Origin: Dimorphilus gyrociliatus
Lineage: Eukaryota > Animalia > Annelida
Assembly: GCA_904063045.1 (NCBI GenBank)
Contig: CAJFCJ010000002.1
Location: 2,130,422-2,194,421, forward strand
DNA length: 64,000 nucleotides
Reading direction: 5' to 3'
The stretch's first letter is position 1; each line of letters starts with the position of its first letter. Below the pieces are notes generated by a model, which saw only the letters and a program-made list of their open reading frames with translations, was not told the origin of the DNA and ran no database searches. Positions 25,128-38,050 of the stretch are shown piece after piece. A program made the translations under genes and the position numbers.

Positions 25128-28100
25128 ATGTGGATGAAGGGTCTTTGGCAACAATTTTGGTTACTGATAATAGTGATATGTTTCTCTATATTCCTAGTAG
25201 CTGGTAAGTACAATTTGTAACGATCATGGGATAGTGATTAGTGTTGAAAAGTCTTATCAAAATTCAAAACAACGTAATATTTTGCTTCAATATGTCAATA
25301 GACTAAGTAGACTTAATATTACTTTCAGTATCAGAAAACTGTGAAGAAAATCAGTTTCGTTGTGATAATGGACAGTGCATTCATGGTTTTGCTAAATGTG
25401 ACCAAGAAGTTGATTGTCAAGACGGATCCGACGAAAGAAATTGTAGTAAGTATTTATACAATAATAAACCTTCGTTTTATGGAACATGTACACGTGTAAA
25501 GATAGGTTTCCACGTGTTTCTAGAGGAATCAATAATAATATGTGGGTGTGGTAGTCGCAACGGCGTTCTTATTGGGCGTTAGACTAGTCACGTGATTTTC
25601 TGTTGTGACCTAAGCTGACGCTAGACGAAGGCCTGTTGCATCATTTCCTCGTCCTAGATAATGACCATTTATTTCCTAGGCTAAGAATTTAATTAGGAAA
25701 ATTACTGGTAACATCAATTGTAAAAGATGATACAATTTTCTAATTATAACAATTTGTATGTAAACAAAGACTTATATCTCAGATTGTACTCTATGACTTC
25801 TGTCTACCGACTTCAGCATGGCAATGACATTATTCAAAAGAGATATTTTTGGTTATCGTTTTGAAACGAATTTAACAGACCATAACATACTCGTAATATT
25901 TTATGTCTGGAATTCGGTTATATAAATATTGATTTTCAAAGAGGTCATTAGCAACGACGCCTTTGTTAAACTTTGTTCCAGTTGTGGGAAAAGTAGTTTC
26001 GTGAATTATAAACAAAGCCTTTGATTAGATTTGGTACTACTATTTATCGTCTCTTAAACCTTGATATCTTTACGAAAAGATACAATTCTAACTTCTGATT
26101 GATTGATTGGAGAACAAATATTTTCGTCAATAACCGGAAGTAATGTTGCCCTCTCAACAATATGTATTTTACATTGTGAAAAGTTCTTTATAACTTGTAG
26201 TTTACTAGGTGGTAGAGTTTTTGATATATTACGTCGTCATTGTATCGAAGTAGATATCTTGTTGTTCTTACGTATATTAAATCCAACACAATAGTATTCT
26301 TTTAGGACTAATGGACAGCTCGAAGCTGTTATTCAAAATATTAAATTGAATAGTCAATGGCGTAACATATGCGTTAATACCAGGATTTCTCATTGAAAAT
26401 CTCGCCACCCGATTGACCGCTTTTTCACCTCTCAAGGTCAATGTAGAATAAAATTTTCTACTTTTGATTTTTTTCTATTACTCATAAGGAACGGGTTTTT
26501 ATTCACATAGATATGACCTGTTCCTAGATAAATCACTATCTCTATTATCGCAATTTTTTACGCTAATGTTTTAGTAAGATAAATTTTCATTTCGTACAAG
26601 AATTTTTAAGACGAAGTTAGGTTGGGTGTGTTCTTTATGGTTCAAAGTTAAACCTTTTTGTCTAGAAGACAAGGGATTTTATATTTACGCATTGAATTAC
26701 GTCAATCGCCAGTAGTTTTCCAAGAATCAATGAACGTATATTTCTCTTTCTTTACAGAACTAAGTGAACCTAAACTATGTAAACAAAGTTATACACGTTG
26801 AGAGCTCTTGCCGTATCATAGAGATTACCGCACAGTAAACTAACCTAGTTATGAATAATATCATGTCGTTAACCGACTACATACGACCCGTCGCTGATTT
26901 GCCATGGAATTTACCACCATGAATGATAATAGCGTAGCTGTAAAGCTCATAATAGTTGTCAGGAGTTTAGGTGGATTAATTAATAATTTTTTACAATTTA
27001 AAATTTAATACTTTCTGAATATCAGATTGAGATATTGGTTCAGATTAATTTCATGAATCAGCTAATAAAGTTTAACTAGTTAATATTTGTTTGTTTTTGA
27101 TAACAATTCTGAATCAGAACTGAATCAGGTGTTAAATAGCGTGATCAGAATATGCATATTCATCAGAACAGATTATTTATCAAGTAAACTTGCTAGGTCA
27201 AAAGAAGATAAGTCATCTGATACGATTCAATAAATGAGATGTTAAGTAGTTCTTATCTGTTTGTTTCTCTCTGACTCCAGGGCGCGCAAAAATAAATTTG
27301 TAAATAAACTTTACTAGATGGCGTTGTTTTTGGACCACTGCAAGCGCCCTGCAAAAGATCAGAGAATTGCAATCAGGTGCTGCCGAGATGAAGCTTTTAC
27401 AGTTATTGTACTACTTATATATTGTTTTAATTTACTCTCATTCTGTGAGTGCAAGGAGACGAAAATCGTGGAAAAAGAAGTTGTTCGAGCCAGGTTTTCT
27501 TTTGATATCTTTATTTTTAAGAATTTTTTAGAATTTATATTTTAGTAACGTAGAGTAAATTTAGGCCAAACTTAGAGAAAAAGTACGCTAAAGACTCAAA
27601 AATTAGGTTTATCATGTTTATCACGACACTTCTACGCTGTTCGAAAACTTAATGCAGTATTGTCTCGAGAGAGAATTATGCTTGTAGTGGGTTTTGAGAG
27701 ATGAATCTACGCGGTGATGAAGCTCGTTTTCTCGCTATTTTGGCTTCTGCATAATGACGATAGATTTTTTTCCTCGTCTTTTAGGTGTTGAAAAACAGGA
27801 GCTAGCGTGCCCATTTTCTTTAATATCGATTACCTACTGTATAGCTATTTGTCAGAGTTTAATGTTGTGTGTAAAATAGTAATGTTCGTTAAAAATTAGA
27901 GTAACTTCAAGTGTTTGTTCTTAGAAGATCTAACTCTCCACTTTATTACAATTTTTCTCCTGTTTGAGTAAAAGAGCATCAGGAAATTTGGTGCAATTCT
28001 GATTGAATTTAGAAGCGAGAGATCTCGAGCCAAATGATTTATTACTGCTGTCAAAAAATATCTTTCCTTCTTACTTGCATAACTTTGTTTAGCTTTTTTT

Positions 28101-31100
28101 TTTCTTGCCGAGAGGAAAAACAATATAAGTTGTTAAAAGAAAGTTCTTTGAAAAAATTTGCAAAGTGATTAAGCGTAAAGAAAGGTAATTAACTTGAAAA
28201 TGTTCTCGAGATACGTATAGCTCAATCGATCACTTGTTCCGAATCATTTGCTCCGTCTCGATTGGTGCTGGCCTTTCCTTTCCGCTCGTAGGAACTCGAT
28301 TTTGAATGAGCTTTTTTTTTATCGTTTAATTAAAAACGCGAAACGCTCATCGTTATTAAGCAAAGAAAGCGGTAACATTCGTCATTGCCTAAACCCCCAC
28401 GTTATGTTGAGCTAGCGTATCAAATCCTAGGATAAGGACTGTCGTTTTGCTTGCTAAATAAGACGACTTGATGCTGGTCGTTCGGTCGTTGATTGCTTCA
28501 GTTTTTCCTCTTTGCTTATCTAAGTGCGTTATCGTTCGAGTAGAAAACGTGCTGTAAAAGAATTCGTTTAAAATTTTTAGCAATGTTTTCGTTTATCCAA
28601 ATATCTTACCTTGTACTGGTTGACTGTATAGATAAAAAATCTATTAGCTTATAAAGTGCTTAAGAAAAGAGCTGTAGAATTTTTAACGGAAAAGTAGACT
28701 GCCGAGGAATTTATTTTGCTTGCAATTAAAATTTTTCCACCCACATATCATTGGTTCCATTCCTTTTAACTCAGACAAGGATGTATTTGCTTTTGACCAG
28801 CGAAAAGTTCGAAGCGCTCAGACGGTCGGAATGCTTTTACATCAACTTGATTCGATTTAGGGAGCGATTTTCAATCGAATTTTATCATCGTATTGTACTT
28901 ATATGCTCTTTCTTTTCAGCTATCAGGAATTGTGCTAATACAACAGAATTTCAATGTGAGGATAAAAGAAATTGTATACCAAAGCATTGGAAGTGCGACG
29001 GAAGTGAAGATTGCACGGACGGTTCAGATGAGAGAAATTGCGGTAAGTTGCAAAAATAAATTATTAATGGCCGATTAGAGAGCTCCGACAATTTTACGCG
29101 TAAATGTTGATACGATAATGGTATGAATAAGGGCACATTGTAAGAGGGCCGTTACTCGACCTACAGCAATTTGGAAAGTGCTGATTTGCTATAAATGACA
29201 TTACCATCGTCATATGTTACTATTCAGCCATTAGGAGTGCTCTGGCCATTTCATTAAGGTTCTTATTTCCTCTTTTTTTTCGCTCACCATTTCACTTTTT
29301 CCAGCCCTTTGTGCACCAGGACGATTTCTTTGCCATAAAAGCAATGGGCAATGCATAACTGGCGGCTGGAAATGCGATGGAGAAAAGGATTGCCCGAATG
29401 GAGAAGATGAATCCGATGAAACTTGCAGTAAGAAAAGAGAATGTCCAAAAGATCATTTCCTATGTCCTGGTACCTCCAAATGTATACCAAATGTCTGGTT
29501 ATGTGATACTGATTTTGATTGTCCTAATCAAGAAGATGAAAGACTAAATTGTAGTCCCAAACCTTGTAGCGATGGTGAATTTTCTTGCAAGAATGATCCA
29601 AACGAACCACAAGAGTGTGTAGCCAAATCCTGGAAATGTGATGGCTTTAAGGATTGTGAAAATGGGTTCGATGAAGCAAACTGTAACACCTCTGTTTCGA
29701 ACTTTTGCAATGAAACCCAGTTTGCCTGCGATAATAGTCTTTGTATACCTAAATCAAAAGTTTGTGACGGCTATATAGATTGTGCCCATAAAGAAGATGA
29801 AGCATCTTGTTCAGAAATTACCTGTGGAAAAGATGAATTTTTTTGTTCCTCTTCAAAGTTGTGTATACCAGATTCTTTGCGATGCAATGGACATCCGGAT
29901 TGCTTGAATTTAACAAACGGAGTTGCTGTCGATGAATATAATTGTTCTTCATCGCAATTAAATAGATTTAAGAAATGTGAGCTCATCGGGAAAATAGATT
30001 GCAGCGACAAAGACATTGATGATCCAAATTATGAAAAAAGATGTGTTGACTGGGACGATTTTTGCTCTAAGAAAGAAAAATGTGGTGCGTCTAATGAAGA
30101 AATTAATAGAGTTTGTAATATTAAAGGTAGTTATTGTCAATTTTCCATATTTATTATCTTTTATAATTGAATATAGCTAACAAGTTGCATTATTTTCTTT
30201 TACAGAGGAGTGCGATAAAACAGTGGGAAGTTGTCAGGGCTGTTTTCCTACTGAAACTAGTAAAAGAGAAGCATGTTATTGTCCTATTGGTTACGAACTA
30301 GCTGCCGACAGAAATTCTTGCCAGGGTAAATAGATATACGTCAAACTTTTAAGCTATAAGCTAACAAAAAAGTTATATTTTATAGCTAAAACCAAGTGCT
30401 TCAATTGGGGTGTGTGTTCACATCCGAAAAAATGCAGAATGCTTGAAGGCTATCCGAAATGTTATTGTGATGAAGGATATCATCTCCGCAATAGAACTTG
30501 CCGAGCCATCACTCCAGGCTTCATCATGTACGCTCACAGTCATATTGTGAAGGCGTTTTCAACCAATGCTAATCACCACAGTCAACAGCCAAAGACAATT
30601 GTTAATCAGTCAAGACATGCTTTGGCATTGGCTGTAGATATTAACCAAAACAGAGTTTTCTATTCTGATATGAACATGGGATCAATCTGGAGGTAAAATA
30701 TTTATCATACATAGCTGTTTTAAGAAGGTTTAAAAACTTCTGATGACTTTTTGAATTGAATGTACTTTGTAAAGAAGCAAACTGTAATTTTGATTGTTTT
30801 TTCAGAGTGGATTTGAAGGAAGATGATTTAAGTCCCAGGTCGAGAACGCAGATACAAGTAGAAAAATTAAAACTTGTTGAAGGACTTGCATATGATTGGG
30901 TATCAGAAAATTTATATTGGACAGACAATGGAAGAAAAGTTATTGAGGTCATGGAGGCCAATAACCCAACAAATCGAAGAGAATTATTTACTGAAAATCT
31001 CATGGAACCTAGAGGTTTAGCAATTGATCCTCGTAATGGTTGGATGTACTGGTCAGATTGGGGTAAAGAGGCCAGAATTGAAAAAGCTGGAATGGACGGC

Positions 31101-32074
31101 ACTAAACGGCAAACATTGTTGGCAAAACAAAATGGTATATTATGGCCGAATGGTTTAGCAATCGATTATTATACAGATACATTATTTTGGGTGGATGGTT
31201 CCCTGAGTACTATAAATCGTGTATCATTGGATGGCACAAAGCGAAGTATAGTATTTGGTGACGCTAACTATTTACGATTACCATACAGCCTAGCAGTATT
31301 CGAAGATTACATATATTTATCTGATTGGAGTACACACGGACTTTTTAAAATTGATAAATATGCGGATATACGAAAAAACTTTTCAGTAGAAAAACTAGTA
31401 ATTTCAAGATTTGCCGTAAACAGTGTTCAAGTCTTCCACAAAAAACAACAGCCTGATGTAGCAGATAATCCTTGTTCTGACAACAGAGGCGGATGCTCTC
31501 ATTTATGTTTAATTTCTCCAAGAGTACATTCTACTGCTCCCTTGGAAAGAACTTGTGCTTGTCCGAGCACGGGGAAATTTACTTTCGATGGTAAAACGAA
31601 ATGTGTATCTAATGTCAAACCGGAAAATACTGAGGGCGGTTCAAGTTCCAGTCCCGACAATGTTGATAGACCTGTGAAAAGACAAGTTTCTGCCGATAGC
31701 AAAGCCGTTGGAAGAGTAGCTGGAATTGTCATCGCTTGCCTAGTCCTCATTCTGATTTTATCTGGTATTGCTGGATATTTTGTTCATCGATCATACAGAA
31801 AACGTTTTATCAGGTCGATGAATTTTGACAATCCTGTCTACAGGAAGACTACGACATCGGAAGCCAACGAAGACGTTCTTCTAAAGCTATCCAGTAACGA
31901 TGGGTCACACATTCCAAATGGCATAAATAGGCCGACTGCAATAAATCATGTGCAAATGGTTAGTACAGTATCAAAGTTTTTAATATAGAACACTGTTTTA
32001 AACAACTTTTTTCTCCAACACAGACTACAGAACATTTAATGACTGGAGAGCTTTCGAATCACTCTCTAGCTTAA
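25128..32074 (+). CDS. LDL-receptor family member, VLDLR/LRP8/lipophorin-receptor-like
   Basis: Signal exon [25 protein letters not shown], about 8 LDLa repeats (e.g. [16 protein letters not shown]; the 8th is degenerate), two EGFs, YWTD propeller (LYWTD, MYWSDWG, LFWVD), EGF, short S-rich stalk, TM helix, FDNPVY internalisation motif; last exon ends TAA 32072-32074. Confidence 0.92.
25571..25596 (+). promoter_or_regulatory. CCAAT box plus ATCACGTGAC E-box module in receptor intron 2
   Basis: ATTGG at 25571-25575 and GTCACGTGAT at 25587-25596 in a locally GC-richer patch. Confidence 0.45.
27318..27444 (+). CDS. Candidate alternative first coding exon (second signal peptide) of the lipoprotein receptor
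   Basis: [42 protein letters not shown], then a phase-1 GTGAGT donor at 27445 that matches the phase-1 acceptor at 28920 (joins as ..LLSFSIRNC). Confidence 0.65.
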
Positions 32075-32211
32075 TTGATACACACTATGTAGGAAATGAA
32101 CTTGTACATCTCACAACACATATATAAGCAACACTTATTATTAATCTCTACATGAAAGTTTGAAAGATATTTGTGTATTTCAATTTCTTGGAAGATGCAA
32201 ATATCTTCGTG

Positions 32212-32330
32212 TATATATATATATATATATATATATAAATGTATAAATATCTATATATCTATATATCTATATAGATATATATATATTAGTATATATATGT
32301 ATATATATATATATATATATGTGTGTGTTA
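32212..32330. repeat. (TA)n/(TG)n microsatellite cluster in receptor 3' region
   Basis: Visible dinucleotide runs; further TA runs at about 32877-32940 and (CT)n at about 33560-33598. Confidence 0.85.
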
Positions 32331-32871
32331 ATATTTACATACATTCATAAAAATGTATGCAACATGTTTTGTAGAAAAGTCTAAAATCTGCTATAAGGGA
32401 AGGAAAGAGGCAGATTAATGCTAAAAAAGATCTGTTAACGGAATCTCTTGTCGAATGAAGAGTTGTTGCATCGCTTTCGGGTGTGACTGCAGCTGCTTCT
32501 GCTATGAAGCTATTCGATTAGGCAGCTAATGATATAAACAATAACATTTATTTAACATTTTTGTTTTAATTTATTCTAAAGTTAATATTTTCTAGAAAAA
32601 TTATCAAATATCTTGTGCCATACAGAAAAATATGTATACAATGTGCATATATATACATATATATATTATGTTATGTTGCAAAAAAAAATTTACCTCATTT
32701 TATGTAAATATTGTGTTTGAAATCTCACACGAGATATTTATGTTATGTTTTTTATGTTATGAAGACCATTGTCTTTCATTCTGTTTTCTGGCGAAAGAGC
32801 TAGAGAAAAGATGCGAATTTGAAAAGAAATATTTTATCTTATATACTACTTACTGTTGTATTGTTTAATAA

Positions 32872-32906
<35 letters not shown>

Positions 32907-33556
32907 AGTATATATATTTACATATATATATATATATGTAAAATATTTCAAAATATAGACTTTATACTGTTTTTATATAATTAATATTTTAGTATATTTA
33001 TATTTATTCTTACAATATATTTTTATACGATAATAAGAGTTTTTAAGCTATCCAACCATGTAAAATATTTGAACCTTAAATCAAATTGGGATGAGTAAGA
33101 AAGAGAGGAAGAGGAATAAGGGAAAACTAGATATAAAAGATCAATAATAATAACCGACTATCGTACAATCAGATGTCCAATCGAACATTCGACGCCCGCT
33201 TATCAAAGTCATTATCGTAACCGTTAGCCTCCGATTCTTCAAACCTGATCCCTCAGCTGACCGATTTCATCATATCGTAAATTGCAATCGTAACCCGACC
33301 GTTATTTTATTTTTTTTCCCGATATATTTAAGTCTATTAAAGCATTTTTTTACTCGAAATCATTAAAACTCTATATATAAATTTATATATATAGTATATA
33401 AAAGAAAAGGTGTGCCAACTCATATTAAGTAAAGTATCCCTACTAAGCAAAAATTTTCGTTAATACCCATAGAAAACTTTTTTATCAACATGATTAATAT
33501 TGGAGCAAGTATTATCGGCGTTGTTACTTTCACTTTTTTCCTTTTTCTTTATCTAA

Positions 33557-33605
<49 letters not shown>

Positions 33606-34905
33606 TATTCTTTCCATCGTAACCATTTTCTTTTTGAGTAACCTTTAGAATAGAATCAATAAAACCGAGAATAAGATAGACGTATTGATAAAAGATGTTG
33701 GTATCTGTATGTTTTTACTCTCAAGAAAAAACCTTTGGCTACGGAAATAAAATATGGGAAAAATTTTCTCTCGATTCTCCTACTGAGAATACAATTGATT
33801 TTCTTTATTCATCTTCTTTTTCTTTCTCTCTTTTCCTCTTTCTCCTTTTCTCTTCCTCCTTTTATATCATTTTACATATTCACCGATTAAATAAAGACTC
33901 ATATAAATCTCTAGTTGACTTTTGTTCGTCTGCACTAAGTATCAATAGTCTAGTTTTATCTATTGGATGTTGAAAAATGAAAATTCCAAGGATTTTTCTT
34001 TCCATGTCTAATTGATTTTTGCAAAATATAAATAATATTAAAATTGTTAAATGTTATTTTTGAATAATCAATAATTTTAGTTAATTAGTTTGAATAGATT
34101 AACACACTTGCTATTCCTCTTCTATTCAATTTATTCATATTTTAAAATTTTCATAATTAATTATCCTCATTTTAATCCATGATATTCTATATTTAAAGAA
34201 CTTTGAGCGGGTCAAAGTAAATATGGTATCTAGTTAAATCCAGCTCTATCGAACCACAAATAGGCCTAAATATATCATTTGACCGACATCTGGTTAGCAT
34301 CTTTAGCCCACTTTCAATTCAATATTCTTAATATAATATATAGTATATTGTAGATTTTTATATACTTATATATATATATACTGTATATGTAAATATTAGA
34401 ATATATACTGTATATATACGCTTGAGTAAATATTCATCGTATGATGAAACTCATTCTAGGAATTCAGAGTTCATTCATAAGACATTTTCCGCTCCCGCTG
34501 TACGAGTCATGTTTATTCATAAGTTTAAACATGTGATTGTTTGTGTTCCATAGTTACTTGGTCTATTAAAAAGATATTCATTTAAACTTAAAATCAAGTG
34601 ATATTTATTTTTCTGCATAATTTTCACATTTAACTCATCGGAAAGTTTGTATTTCACAATTAAAACATAAATTATTCTTTCAGATTTTTATTAACAATAT
34701 TCACGATAGATGGCGATAGAAGACGGTCACTACGTCAATTGAGAAGTAAACATTTTGTGTTAAAGGAACAGCAAAGAAAAAAGGATAAAAAAAAAACAGG
34801 CAAAAAATTGAAAGAGAAAGAGATATTCAAGTGTTAAGAAAATTGTAAAGAATCGATATATTAACTCTTTTTAAGTTTTCTTTTAATTTAATTTTGAATT
34901 TTGTT

Positions 34906-37900
34906 TTAAGCCCAAATCTGAATCAAAATGTGAGAAATCATTAATAAAATACTTCCAAAAGCAATTTTGGCATTCGTTGCTCCACTTTCGTTCAAGCTGT
35001 TAATAAAACCTCCGCTTCCGGCTTTTCCTGTCTCGGATAAAACGCTACTTAGTTTGGATGATATAATATCTTTCTTTTCTTTATCTAGTGCTGCATATTG
35101 AGATTTAGACAAACTTGCAGCCTGGTTTATCGTAAACCACTGTAGTTGTTGGGAAGTTAGGCCATTTATTTGCATGTATGGCAAAGATTTAAGGTTGTTG
35201 GGAGTTAGACTGGCTATACCATCTTTACTTAATTCACTTAATTCTGTTTTAGTTAAACCCCCTATAACAACCCCTACAGTTTTCACAGTTGCAGAGTTCC
35301 ATTTCTTTATTTCGGAACCGAAAGATTTTTTTGCTAGCTCAGCAAATTTTTGCAATTGACCATCCACGCAAGTTGTTGTTTTCCCTATGCTAGATGCTAC
35401 CTGCTTATAGATAGTACTCGGAATAGTCTGTATTTTAGCTGTGTCCGCTCCGCAAATTAGTTCGCTTATTGACTGAATATCTGCAGCAGATAGTTTACCA
35501 ATATCATCATTACGAGCATTCTTTAGGAAAGATTCGAAAGCTGATTGTAAAGAGTTGGCATTGTCATGCCATCTACCGTGCTTTCCAACCGAACTTGCTG
35601 CTTCAAGTGAAGTTATGCGTAGTTTATCTGCGTCGCTTCTCTGTAGACCAGAAACAATACTTCCGAGATCTTCTATATTTTTGTCAGTCCATTTCGAAAC
35701 ATCGGTGTCCAAAGTTTCTTTAGCTTTTTCAACTAATGGTATCAAATGTTTCGATCTTTCCCACGAAGTAATTTTGCCCAATACGTAAATGCAATCTTTA
35801 AATTCCTTTGTGCTTAGTGCTGCTATCTGTTCTTGCGTTAGCATAGTAGCTTTATGACCCATTTTCCTGATATCGTCACATGTGAGCGAGACTGCAGTAG
35901 ATCGCTTTCTTCTGGCGGTTGCATTGGTTTCTTTTCCATTACAAGTTGTAGAATCATCGGCTAACTTCATCCTTTCGAAAACTTTGGCAAATTTATTATC
36001 GTCATTCAGACATTCGTATCCAAATCTGAAACCATTATATTCCCTTTTCGTTAGAGTTTGTAGTTGTTTTTTGGCTTCTTCAACAACTACTTTATCGAAT
36101 TGGCCGCATAGAGCTTCGTTCGGTAAACTATCTATTTCATCATCGCTTAAGCTTAGGATAAGTGTACCAATGTTGCTTACATCCTCTCTTGTAAATTTAT
36201 CGTATCCGTTACTACCTTTGTACTTAAGGATAATTTCCCTGCGGGTATCACAATTTAATGCCCGCTCTTGTAAAACGTCAACAGACTCCTTTATCTGTTT
36301 ATCTGTCATTTTACTCTTCACGTGGCTCTCTGTCATACCTACGCCAAGTGTTCCGATCCTCCTTAATGACATTGTTGTCGATAGGCATACATTGGTAATC
36401 TGTTCCATAACAACTTTCGGCATATCATCGACCAGACATTCAGCTATTTCTTCACATAACTCACTCACTCCATCGTTAGTGACGTTAAGAAGTATCTGTG
36501 GATTCATTCGCTTAAATAAACATTTGTATTTCTTCATAGTAGAAATAGAAGATAAGTCAGATTGTCCGCGTGCTGATGTCAATCGTTCTTCAGCTCTCTC
36601 TGCAAGATATTGTTCCTTTGCAGGTTCTAAAAATGAACTAAATTCCATAAGCTCTTCGAAATTATCCGCAGCATTGCTAGACTCAATATTCAGTTCTTTG
36701 AGTTTATCTATTTCGAGAGCAGTTATCGTAGATCCATACTTGTCATTGAGATTTCCATTTTCATCAATAGGACTTCCAAAACTTTTTTCACACTTGTCAA
36801 AAATTGCTGCTTGCTGAAAGAGTTATCTTTTAATTAAAAAGGAGAAGCCATTCTGATTATTAAAAGGCTTACCGAACTACTATCCATGAATGAATAGCTT
36901 TCTCTATCTGAACCATCGAAGCATATCTGATTATCTTCAAATTTGTCTACGTCATCAGTGTTTAAAAGTTTCAATTTTGCTAATTTCTTTATTCGCTCTT
37001 TGTCTATATTTTTATGTCCTTTCCTCTTTATTGTCTCTGCCATTACGTGGAACATTGGTTCATCAACATCTTCATCAAAATCGAGTGGTTCCACTTCCTC
37101 TTCCAATTCAGGTGCATCAGCTACTTTGTCAAAGAATTGTTCAATATTATTCTCAGAGATTTTCGATATCCAATCAGAATCCAACTGACGAATCATGGTT
37201 TTTGGTATATTGTTAATATTTTCCATTAAGCCTTCTTCAGTTTTAGGCACTTCAATATCTCTTTCCCATTTTTCTAAAAATAGGTCAACTTGCCGAGGAT
37301 TCATTTTAGCTCCCTCAAACTTTTCAAGATCATCATTATCCATTTTACCCATTTTATTAACAAAATCGTTTAAATCTCCAAGGCTGATACCTTTGATAGC
37401 ATTTTTAGACTTTACAAGTTCAGGTAACAAGTCCTTCTCAGGAATATCTCTCAATACTTCTTCAAGTCTTTCGCCAATATTTATAACAGTTTCAAGATCG
37501 GGATCAAAGTCATTATTCTGAACAGTTTGCAGGATTTGTTCTTTGTTCATTCGGGTGATTTGTTTTGGTAATAGAAGATTGATTGATGTTGCGGCTAAAT
37601 CTGGTTCAAATTTCTCTCCTTCATCCAGGATTTTCTCAATATTCTTAATTACTGAATCGCTTAGTTGCTGTTCTTGAGCTGGTGTAATGTCTTTATTTTT
37701 CAATAATCCTCTTAGAGAATCGGCATTTTTTAACTTAAAGTATAAAAAAATATTTAAATAATCCTAAGTGATTAATATTTAAGTATAAGGCTCACAATAT
37801 TTTCACTAATCTGAGAAAATTCGCTTGGAGGCATTAGAGAATTGAAATTATCACTGATTTTTTTAAATTCGTCTGGGTCTTGTACGTCTTTAAGATGAAA

Positions 37901-38050
37901 ATTATCGCTCCATTGGAATCCACGTCGTTCCTGAGGTGCTGCGTCTTCTTTAAACCAATCATCTTTTAGGGCAGGCTTACCTAAAGATTTACCAGAAAAT
38001 AAGATTATACATAAAACCAATATACCGGAAAACATCGTAATATCAACCAA
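34906..38050 (-). CDS. Otoancorin/stereocilin/mesothelin-family GPI-anchored protein, 3 exons, about 1000 aa
   Basis: Exons 38050-37796, 37733-36873, 36813-34906 join in phase 0. Signal peptide MVDITMFSGILVLCIILFSGKSLG; helical repeats KWTDKNIEDLGSIVSGL, ELICGADTAKIQTI, KWNSATVKTVGVVIGGL; C-terminal GPI-type signal SGATNAKIAFGSILLMISHILIQIWA. Confidence 0.8.

Noticed and set aside
27690-27815. Minus-strand small [19 protein letters not shown]... in the receptor intron
   Set aside because: Only 35 codons after recounting the T-run, with no recognisable motif or splice support.
27915-27945. AGATCTAACTCT resembling miR-750
   Set aside because: Seed position differs and the flanks do not form a complementary hairpin arm.
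28751-28919. In-frame upstream extension of receptor exon 3 as a signal peptide
   Set aside because: The hydrophobic residues come from the polypyrimidine tract; the 27318 exon is a much better leader.
35882-36817. 311-aa plus-strand ORF antisense to the otoancorin-like exon
   Set aside because: In-register shadow of a real CDS, with S/L/F-rich composition and no motif.
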